From assembly GCA_965202985.1 (NCBI GenBank), contig CBDBCF010000001.1:1-64000 (forward strand): a stretch of 64,000 nucleotides of DNA. Direction: 5' to 3'. This document shows, piece after piece, positions 28,521-37,905 of the stretch. The notes below the pieces were generated by a model. It worked only from the letters and a program-made list of their open reading frames with translations. It was not told the origin of the DNA and made no database searches. Position 1 is the stretch's first letter. Each line of letters begins with the position of its first letter. This stretch comes from Longimicrobiales bacterium. GTDB lineage: Bacteria; Gemmatimonadota; Gemmatimonadetes; Longimicrobiales; Gaopeijiaceae. A program made the translations under genes and the position numbers.

Positions 28521-30695
28521 TCAGCCGACGCCGAACAGCTGGGCGCGGTCGCCGTAGCGGCGCTCCAGAAGGATGCGAAGAAGGGCGTTTCGCTCGTGGG
28601 CAAGGTCGGGGTCGCGGTCCACGACGGCGCGAGCGCGATCCTGGGCGGGACCCACCAAGTCCCGATGCTCGAAGAGGTCGGCGAAGCGGAGGTCGGTGCG
28701 GTGGCCGTGCTGGTCGGCCCCGAACACGTCTCCCTGGCCGCGCAGCCGCAGATCTTCCAGGGCGACCTCGAAGCCGTCGTCGGTCTGGGACAGGAGTTGG
28801 AGGCGTTCTTGGGCGTCGGCGTCCCCGCCGGCCATCATGACGAACAGGCCGGCCTCGGACCCGCGGCCCACGCGGCCCCGCAGCTGGTGAAGCTGGGACA
28901 GGCCGAAGCGCTCGGCGTTCTCGACGACCATGACCGTGGCGTTGGGCACGTCGATGCCGACCTCGACCACCGTCGTCGCCACCAGCAGGTCGATCCGGCC
29001 GGCCTGGAACCGTCGCATGATCCGGTCCTTCTCGTCGGGGGGGAGTCGGCCGTGCATGAGCGCCAGCCGCCGGCCGGGGAACGCTTCCTCTTCCAGGCGC
29101 GCGAACTCGGCCTCGGCGGCCCGAAAGTCCGACTTCTCCGACTCCTCGATCAAGGGGTAGACCAAGTACGCTTGGCGACCCTGGGCCAGCCGACGCGCCA
29201 CCTCTTGGTAGACGGAGGAGCGACTGCCGGAATCGGCGACGCGCGACTTCACGGGACGCCGACCGGGGGGCAGCTCGTCCAGGATGCTCATGTCCATGTC
29301 GCCGTGGAGGGTCATGGCCAGCGAACGGGGAATCGGCGTGGCGGACATGACCAGGACGTCCGGCCGGGGGTCGCGTTCGGCCAAGGCCATGCGCTGACGG
29401 ACCCCGAAGCGGTGCTGCTCGTCCACCACCACGAGTCCCAAGGACTTGAACTCGACGCCCTCTTGAATCAGGGCGTGCGTGCCCACGATCAGCTGGGCGC
29501 TGCCCGACGCCACGCGGGCCCTGGCGCTGCGGCGGCGCTTGCCCATGTCGGCGCCCACTACGACCTCCACCTCGACGGGGAGCGGCCGAACCAGCTTCTG
29601 GATGCTCCGTGCGTGCTGGTCCGCCAAGATGCTCGTCGGGGCCATGAGGGCGGCTTGACGGCCGGATTCGGCGGCCAGGACCATGGCGAAGAGGGCCACC
29701 AGGGTCTTGCCCGAGCCCACGTCGCCTTGGAGCATCCGGTTCATGCGTCGGGGCAAGGTCATGTCCGCGTAGATCTCGCGGAGGACGCGGGCTTGGGCGC
29801 CGGTGAGGGCGAACGGCAGCGAGTCGTGGAGCGCCTTCACCAGGGCGTTGGTGCGGACGAAGGCGAGGCCGGGCTGCGCTTGCGTGGCGCTGTGGCGAAG
29901 CCGGGCCTGCATGAGCTGCAGCAGGAAGAACTCGTCGAAGGCCAGGCGACGGACGGCGGGCTTCGTCCGGTCCATCGACGGGGGGGCGTGAAGCGTGCGC
30001 AGGGCGTCGGCGAGCGACACCAGGCCCAGCGTCTTCCGGATGTCGGCGGGCAGGAAGTCCTCGGCAACCACGTGCTTGACCAGCCAGTCCAGGTTGCGCG
30101 CCACGACCTGGCGAAAGAACCACTGGGACAGGTCCTCGGAGGCGGGGTAGACGACGAAGATCGTGCCGGCCAGATCGTCGTCGGGATCGGCGGAGGCGTC
30201 GCTTCCGCTGGGGTTGCGCGACAGCAGGACGTGTTCGCGGGGCTGGATTTGGCGGCCGTGAAAGAACTTGACGGGTCCGGTGACCAGAATGCGGTCGCCC
30301 ACGCGAAGGTTGCGGCCCACCCACGGCTGGCCGGGCCAAGCGCAGGTGACGACGCCGGAAGCGTCGCAGACGACGGCCTGGAAGATGCGCAGGCCCGAGC
30401 GGGTGGGCACGACGCCCTTGCTTCGCACTTCGCCGGCCACGGTGACGTCCATGCCGACCTGGGCCAAGGCCACGGGCGTGATCGTCGAGGCGTCGTCGTA
30501 GCGCCGCGGCACGTGATACAGCAAGTCGCGAGCCGTGAGGATCTTCATGCGCGCCAGCGCCTCGGCCCGCTTGGGGCCGACGCCCTTCAGGAACTGGACG
30601 GGCATGTCCAGCCGCAACAGGGGCGGGCCGGAGGCGGAGGAAGAGGGGGACGGGGACGCGGGGCCGGAGGGAGACGCTGGGACGCCGCCGGTCAC
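28521..30695 (-). CDS. recG: ATP-dependent DNA helicase RecG
   Basis: LKGVGPK, QGDVGSGKT, DEQHRFG, MSATPIPR and QLHQLRGRVGRG motifs. Confidence 0.96.
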   Translation of the reverse strand: MTGGVPASPSGPASPSPSSSASGPPLLRLDMPVQFLKGVGPKRAEALARMKILTARDLLYHVPRRYDDASTITPVALAQVGMDVTVAGEVRSKGVVPTRSGLRIFQAVVCDASGVVTCAWPGQPWVGRNLRVGDRILVTGPVKFFHGRQIQPREHVLLSRNPSGSDASADPDDDLAGTIFVVYPASEDLSQWFFRQVVARNLDWLVKHVVAEDFLPADIRKTLGLVSLADALRTLHAPPSMDRTKPAVRRLAFDEFFLLQLMQARLRHSATQAQPGLAFVRTNALVKALHDSLPFALTGAQARVLREIYADMTLPRRMNRMLQGDVGSGKTLVALFAMVLAAESGRQAALMAPTSILADQHARSIQKLVRPLPVEVEVVVGADMGKRRRSARARVASGSAQLIVGTHALIQEGVEFKSLGLVVVDEQHRFGVRQRMALAERDPRPDVLVMSATPIPRSLAMTLHGDMDMSILDELPPGRRPVKSRVADSGSRSSVYQEVARRLAQGRQAYLVYPLIEESEKSDFRAAEAEFARLEEEAFPGRRLALMHGRLPPDEKDRIMRRFQAGRIDLLVATTVVEVGIDVPNATVMVVENAERFGLSQLHQLRGRVGRGSEAGLFVMMAGGDADAQERLQLLSQTDDGFEVALEDLRLRGQGDVFGADQHGHRTDLRFADLFEHRDLVGPAQDRARAVVDRDPDLAHERNALLRILLERRYGDRAQLFGVG

Positions 30696-31612
30696 GGTCC
30701 CGCCAGTACGCCTTGGACGAACTGCTCCGGGTCGAAGGGCTCCAGGTCGTCGGGCGCCTCGCCGCTGCCGACCAGCTTGACGGGCACGTCGAGCTCCTGG
30801 CGCAGCGCGACCACGATGCCGCCGCGGGCGGTGGAGTCGGCCTTGGCCAGGACGATTCCGGTCACGGCGACGAAACGGGCGAACTCGCGGGCTTGGACCA
30901 AGCCGTTCTGGCCCACGGTCGCGTCCAGCACCAGCAAGGTCTCGTGCGGGGCGCCGTCTTGGTGCTTGGCGACGACGCGCTCCACCTTGGCCAGTTCGTC
31001 CATGAGCCCGCCGTGGGTGTGCAGCCGCCCCGCCGTGTCCACCAGCACCACGTCCGCCCGACGAGCCCGCGCCGCGGCCAGGGCGTCGAAGGCCACGGCC
31101 GCCGGGTCGCCGCCGGGCTGGCCGGCCACGAACTCGGCCTGGGCGCGCTCCGCCCACCGGGCCAGCTGGGCGACGGCCCCCGCCCGGTAGGTGTCCGCCG
31201 CCGCCACGATCACCTTCCGCCCTTGCGCCGTCAGTCGGTGGGCGACCTTGCCGATCGTCGTGGTCTTCCCCACGCCGTTCACGCCGACGATCAGGTAGAC
31301 CGTCGGCGGACGTGGCGCCACGGCTAGTTCAGGCGCTTCGTCTCCAGAGAAGACGGCCTGGAGCTCCTCGGCCAGGAGCCGCCGAAGGCCCGCTTCGCTG
31401 CGGACGCCCTCTCGCTTGGCCGCGTTCTGCACGCCGGCAACCAAGCGCTCGCTGGCGCCCACGCCGAAGTCGGCGGCGATCAGTCGTTCTTCAAGTTCTT
31501 CCAGGGTGGCGTCGTCGATCCCACGAAGTCCGGGCGGCACCACCTTTGCCAGCGCCCGCGCCCACACGGACGGGCCGGAAGAGGGTTCCTTGCTTGGGCG
31601 GAAGAGTCGCAT
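30692..31612 (-). CDS. ftsY: Signal recognition particle receptor FtsY (NG domain only)
   Basis: GVNGVGKTTT, AADTYRAGA, DTAGRL, LDATVGQN and GE..DDL.PF motifs. Confidence 0.95.
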   Translation of the reverse strand: MRLFRPSKEPSSGPSVWARALAKVVPPGLRGIDDATLEELEERLIAADFGVGASERLVAGVQNAAKREGVRSEAGLRRLLAEELQAVFSGDEAPELAVAPRPPTVYLIVGVNGVGKTTTIGKVAHRLTAQGRKVIVAAADTYRAGAVAQLARWAERAQAEFVAGQPGGDPAAVAFDALAAARARRADVVLVDTAGRLHTHGGLMDELAKVERVVAKHQDGAPHETLLVLDATVGQNGLVQAREFARFVAVTGIVLAKADSTARGGIVVALRQELDVPVKLVGSGEAPDDLEPFDPEQFVQGVLAGP

Positions 31613-31633
31613 GACGGGCGAGAGTTTGACGGG

Positions 31634-31795
31634 CGTCGGGAAACGGGCGTTGGGGAACTGGCGGGCGTCGGGAACGTGGCAGACGTCGAGAAATGTGGTA
31701 TATGACGGGAACGTGGTACGTATCGGATGACGTGGTAGGTGATGGGAAACGTGGTAGGTGTCGGAACGGTGGCAGGCATTGGGAAACGTGGCGCC
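31634..31795. repeat. Degenerate tandem array of ~9 units of 18-19 bp, consensus yGTCGGGAAACGTGGyAGG
   Basis: Units include cgtcgggaacgtggcaga, cgtcgagaaatgtggtata, tgacgggaacgtggtacg, tatcggatgacgtggtagg, tgatgggaaacgtggtagg, tgtcggaacggtggcagg and cattgggaaacgtggcgcc. Confidence 0.75.
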
Positions 31796-31846
31796 CGGAG
31801 ATCGGCCGGCCCGAAAGCCCGGCGCGAAGAAAGACGGGCGACGCCC

Positions 31847-33910
31847 TTAGCGCAAGCCGGCGCGCCTCCGCCCGGCCCACTCCGCGCACAGGGCCGCCAA
31901 GACCACAAGATAAGGCCATGGCAAGGTGCGAAGCCGGCGGACGCGGCGGTGCGAAGCGGGCGAAGCGGCGAGGCCGAAAGCCAGTCTAGGCGCTTCCACG
32001 GGGCGTCGCAGGGCCTCCCGGGTAAAGGACTCGACTTCGAAGAGCCCGGCGGTCGCGGCGGGGGCCGGGGCAACGGGGGCGCCTGGGGGGCCCACGGCAT
32101 CCGCGGCGTTCGGGGCGCCCGACTCGCCGGGGTCGACCGGCTCGGCGGCGTAGCGGTAGGGTCCCGGCGGCAGTGCGGGCGTGGCGAAGACGCCCGTCGG
32201 CGAGACGGTCCACGTCGAATCCAGCACGGCGGCGCCCGTGGAATCGGTCACCGAAAGACGGACTTCCCCGCCCTCGATGTCGCGCGCCCGCCACCACACG
32301 GGCCGCCCCGGCGGGGCCACCCACGTCTCGGGGGACACGTCGGCGCCGGCCGTCGCGGACTCGCCGCCCAGCAGCCAGCCGCCCACGGCGCCCCAGAGCA
32401 AGCGGTACCGGTCCCGCGGCTCGCCGTCGCGGAAGGCCCACCGCCAGAAACCCCGAGCCAGGACGACGACCACGCGCCGTCCTCCCGCGGCGCGGCGCAG
32501 AATCAGGGCGGGCCGGGGTTCGCCCGTGCCGCCGAGCCGCACCTCCAGCACCCCGCCGCCGGGGTCCGCGACCGGCAGCACCTCCGAAAGCGGCGGGAGG
32601 CCGCCGTAGAGGAACTGCCCCAGCTCGACCGAGATCGGCGACGCGGGCGCGGCGCTGGCGTACCATTCCCCGCCCTGCGGCTCTCCCGCGGCCACGCCGC
32701 CCGCCGCCGCCCCGTCGGCATCCGTCGGAAAGACGGCCAGCCCGCTTGCGCGCCCGGCCGCCCGGTCCAGGAACTCCCGTTCGGACGCGTCCACCCCCAT
32801 GGCGACCACCACCACGGCTTGGCCGATCCGCCGCTCCAGCTCGGCCCGGTCCACCGCCAAGGGACCGGGCGGGCCGGTCGTGCCGCCGGGCGCGCCGGGG
32901 GCTCTGCCGTCGTCGCCCATGGCCTGGAAGCGGTTCGGGCCAGCGCGAACGTAGCCGCGCACCGGCAGGCCCGTGACTTGGCGCAGCACCGGAAGCAGGA
33001 ACCGCGGCTCCCAGTCCGGCGCGAACGAGACGAGGACGATGCCGGCGTCCTGGGCGTCGACGTGCACGATGCGGACGCGCTGGTCGTCGGGGGGATAGGA
33101 GTCCGGGGCGGTCAGCCGGGCCGACACGCGCCTGGGGCCGGGCGACAGCGACCCGGGGAGCACGAAGGGCGCGGAAGTCGTCTCGCCGTCGGCGGCGGGT
33201 GCGGGAAGGCGGAGGAGCTGGGCGACCCGGCCGTCCACGGTCACAACCACGTCCACGGAATCGCCGGGCGCGCGGCCCTCCACGTGCACCGTGCCCCGCA
33301 ACGCGCGGCCGCTGTCGGCGGCGGCGGGAAGGACCAGCCGGCTCACAGCCAGGTTGGGGGCCGGCGCGGCCACCGCCGAATCCACCTCGACACGCACGCC
33401 CAAACGGCGGGCGGCGGCGGCCACGGCCACGGGGTCCGCCACGCGACGGTCCGTCACCAGCACGATCTCGCGGGCGCCGGCCTCGGCCGCCGTGCCCACC
33501 GCCGTCGCCAGGACGGACTCGTGGCCGCTCGGCGACAGCGTGGCCAGCGAGTCGGGGTGCGCCGCAAGCCCGGCGCCGAAGGGCTCGGCCCCGGCCACCA
33601 GCACGCGCGCGCCTTCTTGCGCCATGGCCCGGGCCCGAGCGGTCGCGCTGGCCCATACGGGCTCGCCCGTCGTGCTAAGGGCTGACATGGAGGCGCTGGC
33701 GTCCAGGATCACGAAGCGCTCCGAGACGGCCCGGCCGGCTGCCGCGGGCACGTCGGGGTTCCAGAGGATCGCCAGCACGCCGGCCAGGGCCAGCAGGCGG
33801 GCCGCCAACAGGAGCGCCCTGCCGCGGACGGCGAACTCCCGGCGGTAGTAGACCCAGGCGAAGAACCCGCCGGCCAGGACCAGCAACGCCAGCGCCGGCA
33901 GGAGCGGCAC
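31847..33910 (-). CDS. Membrane protein with a vWA-like domain
   Basis: Two N-terminal TM helices, ILDASASM (DxSxS), IVLVTD, and a C-terminal TM ending AEW.GRRRAGLR. Confidence 0.7.
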   Translation of the reverse strand: MPLLPALALLVLAGGFFAWVYYRREFAVRGRALLLAARLLALAGVLAILWNPDVPAAAGRAVSERFVILDASASMSALSTTGEPVWASATARARAMAQEGARVLVAGAEPFGAGLAAHPDSLATLSPSGHESVLATAVGTAAEAGAREIVLVTDRRVADPVAVAAAARRLGVRVEVDSAVAAPAPNLAVSRLVLPAAADSGRALRGTVHVEGRAPGDSVDVVVTVDGRVAQLLRLPAPAADGETTSAPFVLPGSLSPGPRRVSARLTAPDSYPPDDQRVRIVHVDAQDAGIVLVSFAPDWEPRFLLPVLRQVTGLPVRGYVRAGPNRFQAMGDDGRAPGAPGGTTGPPGPLAVDRAELERRIGQAVVVVAMGVDASEREFLDRAAGRASGLAVFPTDADGAAAGGVAAGEPQGGEWYASAAPASPISVELGQFLYGGLPPLSEVLPVADPGGGVLEVRLGGTGEPRPALILRRAAGGRRVVVVLARGFWRWAFRDGEPRDRYRLLWGAVGGWLLGGESATAGADVSPETWVAPPGRPVWWRARDIEGGEVRLSVTDSTGAAVLDSTWTVSPTGVFATPALPPGPYRYAAEPVDPGESGAPNAADAVGPPGAPVAPAPAATAGLFEVESFTREALRRPVEAPRLAFGLAASPASHRRVRRLRTLPWPYLVVLAALCAEWAGRRRAGLR

Positions 33911-33923
33911 GAGAAGCGTCCCC

Positions 33924-35273
33924 TCAGGACCCCCGGTCGTCGGCGATCGCCCGCGGCGGCGCCGAGGCGGTTGCGCCGGGCCGACGATGCCGAGGCAGCA
34001 GAGCGAGCCGGGCGGCCCGCGCCTCTTCCCAGCGGTCCCGGGCCTCCGGAGGCACCGGATCGCCGGCGGGCAGGTCCACGGCCAGCGGGTCGATGGGACC
34101 CCGGGACGTGTGCATTTCGTAGTGGAGGTGCGGGCCGGTGGCCAAGCCCGTCATGCCCACGTAGCCGATCACTTGCCCTTGGACGACTCGCGCGCCTTTC
34201 GAGACGCCGCGGGCCCAAGCGCGCAGGTGGGCGTAGCGGGTCAGGAACCCGTTGGCGTGGCGAATGTCCACGACCCGGCCGTAGGTGTCGCTCCAGCGGC
34301 GGCTGGCCACGACCCCGTCGCCCGTGGCCTGGACGGGGGTGCCCGAGTCGGCCGCGTAGTCCACGCCCCGATGGGCCCGCCAGCGCTTCAGCACCGGGTG
34401 GAATCGGCGCCCGCTGTACCGAGAGGAGATGCGCCGGAACTCGAGGGGCTTCTTCAGGAAGGCGCGCCGCACCGACTCGCCGTCCAGGTCGTACCAGCTT
34501 CCCATGCCGTCTTCTTCGGCGTCGAACCAGACGGCGTGCAGGGAACGACCCTGGTTCACCAGCTCGGCGGCCAGGAGACGCTCCGACTTCATGCTGCCGT
34601 CGGGCCGCATCTGGCGTTCCACGACGAAGCGGTACGAGTCGCCCGGGCGGAGCTGGCGCGAGAAGTCGAGCTGCCACTGGAAGACCTTGTCCAGCCGGTC
34701 CACCAGCTTGCTGCGGTCCGGGCGCGGCAGGTGCTCCAGGGCGGCGTGGCCCACGACGGCGGGCCAGAGCCCGGCGCCGGGCATGATCTCGCCCGTGGCC
34801 GCCAGGGTGTCGGTGGTGGTCGGAGTGGCGATCTCGGAGGGGGTCCAGCCCGCGCCCGAACGGTCCAGGCGAACGGTGCGGTCGGGGTTCAGGACGACTT
34901 CCACGGCGTGGGGCCGCCCGCCCTCCGTCCGTCGCAGGAACCGCACGCGGACGCCGCTTCGCATCCGGCGAGGATCGGCCGCCTCGCGGAAGGCGTACAG
35001 AAGCGAGGTCCGGTCGCCATGCTCCATGCCGCCGTCGGCCAGCACGCCTTCCAGCGTCCTGCCGCGCGCCAGCTCGCGGGCGTCAGCGTGTTCGGGGGGC
35101 TGGGCGTGGACGGGCGCCAAGGTTCCTGCGTCGGGCGCCGACGGTTGGAAGAGCGAGTAGGTCGCCGCCCCGCCCAGAGCGACGGTCGCCGCGACCGCCA
35201 GGGCTGCTGCGGCCGCGCCGGCGGGTCGGCGGGCGGCGCCGGCGTCGAACGTCTTGCGGATCTTCAGGGTCAG
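33924..35273 (-). CDS. M23-family metallopeptidase (MepM-like peptidoglycan endopeptidase); start uncertain
   Basis: ISS.Y..RRFHPV, HRGVD, YAHL and TGLATGPHLHYE motifs. The frame is open upstream of TTG 35120 and encodes a TM anchor up to CTG at 35273. Confidence 0.88.
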   Translation of the reverse strand: MTLKIRKTFDAGAARRPAGAAAAALAVAATVALGGAATYSLFQPSAPDAGTLAPVHAQPPEHADARELARGRTLEGVLADGGMEHGDRTSLLYAFREAADPRRMRSGVRVRFLRRTEGGRPHAVEVVLNPDRTVRLDRSGAGWTPSEIATPTTTDTLAATGEIMPGAGLWPAVVGHAALEHLPRPDRSKLVDRLDKVFQWQLDFSRQLRPGDSYRFVVERQMRPDGSMKSERLLAAELVNQGRSLHAVWFDAEEDGMGSWYDLDGESVRRAFLKKPLEFRRISSRYSGRRFHPVLKRWRAHRGVDYAADSGTPVQATGDGVVASRRWSDTYGRVVDIRHANGFLTRYAHLRAWARGVSKGARVVQGQVIGYVGMTGLATGPHLHYEMHTSRGPIDPLAVDLPAGDPVPPEARDRWEEARAARLALLPRHRRPGATASAPPRAIADDRGS

Positions 35274-36616
35274 GCCCTCCGGATGAAGGTGGGCAGCTCG
35301 ATCTCGCCGATCGGCATGGTGGGGCTCAGCCGGACCTGGGAGTCGGCGGCCAAGCCGCCCGTCGCGCCGGCAGCGGCGAAGGGGGACTGCACGCGCGCCG
35401 TCGCGGCGCCGGCGGTCGGGAAGGGGCGCTCCGCCGGGTCGGGCGTCAAGAGAGCGGCGGGGCGGGCGGTTGCGGGCGACGAGGTCGCTGCCGGGGACCC
35501 GTTTCCGGGGCTCCGCGCACCCAGGGGGTTGGGCGGGGCAGACGGCCCCACGGTCGCGACGGCGGCGGGCCGCGCGGGCACAACGGGAGCGACCGGCGCC
35601 GTGGACGGCGTCAGGAACCGCGGCCGGATCACGACATCGCCGTCGCGACGGTCGCTGTGGTCCTCGAAGCCGGTGGCGATCAGGGTCACGCGCACCTCGC
35701 CCTCCATGGCCGAGTCCTGCACGGCGCCGAAGATGATCTCGGCCTCGTCGCCCGCCTCTTCCTGGATCAAGGTGGAGATCTCGGTCACCTCGTCGATGGC
35801 CAGGTCCGAGCCCCCGGTGATGTTGATGAGCACGCCCTTGGCTCCCCGTATGGAAACGTTGTCCAGCAGGGGCGAAGTGACGGCGTCCTGCGCCGCGCTG
35901 ATCGCTCGCTTCTCGCCCCGGCCGACGCCCGTGCCCATGAGGGCCGCCCCGCAGGACGACATGATCGTGCGAACGTCGGCGAAGTCAACGTTGACGTCCC
36001 CGCTCACGCGGATCAAGTCGCTGATCCCCTGCGTGGCGTGGAGCAGCACCTCGTCCGCCTTCTTCAGGGCGTCGCGGAACGAAGTCCCCTTCCCCACCAC
36101 GGACAGCAGCCGGTCGTTGGGCACCACGACCATGGTGTCGACCGTCCGCCGCAGTTCGGCCAAGCCCTGCTCGGCCTGGCGCATGCGCTTCTTGCCCTCG
36201 AAGGAGAAGGGGCGGGTGACCACGGCGATCGCCAGCGCGCCCAGCTCGCGGGCCATCTCTCCGATGACGGGCGCCGCGCCGGTTCCCGTGCCCCCGCCCA
36301 TGCCGGCGGTGATGAAGATCAGGTCGGCGCCTTCCAGGACCTGCCGGACTTCGTCGGCGTCCTCGGCTATCGCCTGGCGTCCGATCCCGGGCCGCGCGCC
36401 CGCGCCCAGACCCCGCGTGAGCCGCTTGCCCAGCTGGATCGTGTGCGCCGCCTTGGAGCACTCCAAGGCTTGGGCGTCGGTGTTCGCCGAGACGAACTCG
36501 ACCCCTTCCAGGTCTTCGTCGATCATGCGGTTGACGGCGTTGCCGCCGGCTCCGCCGACGCCGATGACTCTCATCAGCGCCGTGTTTCTCGGGGCGGCGT
36601 CCAGTTCGAAGATCAT
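35270..36616 (-). CDS. ftsZ: Cell division protein FtsZ
   Basis: GVGGAGGNAV, GMGGGTGTG, NVDFAD and C-terminal ELPTFIRR; GGAGG SD before ATG at 36616. Confidence 0.97.
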   Translation of the reverse strand: MIFELDAAPRNTALMRVIGVGGAGGNAVNRMIDEDLEGVEFVSANTDAQALECSKAAHTIQLGKRLTRGLGAGARPGIGRQAIAEDADEVRQVLEGADLIFITAGMGGGTGTGAAPVIGEMARELGALAIAVVTRPFSFEGKKRMRQAEQGLAELRRTVDTMVVVPNDRLLSVVGKGTSFRDALKKADEVLLHATQGISDLIRVSGDVNVDFADVRTIMSSCGAALMGTGVGRGEKRAISAAQDAVTSPLLDNVSIRGAKGVLINITGGSDLAIDEVTEISTLIQEEAGDEAEIIFGAVQDSAMEGEVRVTLIATGFEDHSDRRDGDVVIRPRFLTPSTAPVAPVVPARPAAVATVGPSAPPNPLGARSPGNGSPAATSSPATARPAALLTPDPAERPFPTAGAATARVQSPFAAAGATGGLAADSQVRLSPTMPIGEIELPTFIRRA

Positions 36617-36675
36617 GTTCTCTGCTCCTCCGGGACCCTCGTCCCGGCTGTGGTGGGACTGCTTCTTGCCGTTGT

Positions 36676-37905
36676 CTAGAAGAACTCCTTGAGCCACGCC
36701 CCCATGCGGGCGACCAGCCCGGAGGTGGCGGTGGATGCGCCTTGGCCGGTCTCGATGAAGCGGTCGGCCGCGTGAAGGGCCAGCCCGGCACCGGCGGCGA
36801 ACCCGGGGCGCGCCACGATGCCCGACAGCCCGGAAACGCCCTCTTGGGGCACGCCGATCCGGACGGGCGCCGCCAGGCAGTCCTGCGCCAGGCCGCCTAT
36901 GCCGGGGATCGCGGCGCCGCCGCCGGTCACGACCACGCCCGCGCCCAGGGCCTCGCCGCCGCCCATCTCTCGTATGCGCTCGTGGATGCGGGCGAACATA
37001 CTCTCGAGCCGCTCCTCCATCATTTGGGCCACAAACCGCCGAGCCACCGACCGGGGGCGGCCGTTGGACGACGGCGGAAGCTCGACGGTCTCGCGCGGGT
37101 CCACGATTCGGCTACTGGCCGCGCCGTGGAACTCCTTGATGCGCTTGGCGTCGGCGAACGGAATGGACAGGCCGCGGATCAGATCGCTGGTGATCGTGCT
37201 GCCCCCGAACGGCAGGACCTCCAGCTTGCGCAGGCCGCCTTCGTAGTGGACCGCGAGTCCCGTGGTGGCCGCGCCCAGGTCCACCATGGCCACGCCCAGC
37301 TCCTTCTCGTCTTCGGTGAGGACGGCGCGCGCGGCGGCCAACGGCTCCAGGATCCGGCCCTCGACGCGGTAGCCGGCCTTCTCGACGGCTCGAGTGATGT
37401 TCTCCACCGCCGACGACGAGGCAGTGACCAGGTACAGGTCGGTCTCCAAGCGGGTGGCCGGCATGCCGACCGGGTCCCGGATGCCCCTTTGGTGGTCCAC
37501 CACGTACTCCTGGGGGATCGCGTGCAGGAGCTCCCGGTCCGCTGGGAGAGCCACCGTGCGGGCCACGGCGTGCACCCGGTCCACGTCGCTCCGCACGATC
37601 TCTTCGGCCGCGACCGCCACGACGCCCACCGAGCGGTTCGCGTCCACGTGGTCGCCCGAGACGCCCACGTGAAGGCAGTCGACGCGCGCGCCGGACATGG
37701 TCTCGGCCTCTTGGACGGCCCGGCGGATGCACGCGGTGGCCTCTTCCAGGTCCGTCACCACGTCCTTCCTCATGCCCTCCGTGCACGTGCGACCCACCCC
37801 CACGACGCGGAGCTCGGGACGGCCGAGGTCGCGCTCGACTTCGCCGACGACGGCGCGGGTCCAGGTGGAGCCCACGTCCAGCCCGGCCACCAGGGCGGCC
37901 CTCAC
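36676..37905 (-). CDS. ftsA: Cell division protein FtsA
   Basis: AGLDVGS, LLHAIPQEY.VD, EKELGV.MVDLG and GVVVTGGG motifs; C-terminal amphipathic WLKEFF. Confidence 0.95.
   Translation of the reverse strand: MRAALVAGLDVGSTWTRAVVGEVERDLGRPELRVVGVGRTCTEGMRKDVVTDLEEATACIRRAVQEAETMSGARVDCLHVGVSGDHVDANRSVGVVAVAAEEIVRSDVDRVHAVARTVALPADRELLHAIPQEYVVDHQRGIRDPVGMPATRLETDLYLVTASSSAVENITRAVEKAGYRVEGRILEPLAAARAVLTEDEKELGVAMVDLGAATTGLAVHYEGGLRKLEVLPFGGSTITSDLIRGLSIPFADAKRIKEFHGAASSRIVDPRETVELPPSSNGRPRSVARRFVAQMMEERLESMFARIHERIREMGGGEALGAGVVVTGGGAAIPGIGGLAQDCLAAPVRIGVPQEGVSGLSGIVARPGFAAGAGLALHAADRFIETGQGASTATSGLVARMGAWLKEFF

Noticed and set aside
31634..31795. CRISPR array
   Set aside because: Units are only 18-19 bp, degenerate and abutting, with no unique spacers and no cas genes in the window.
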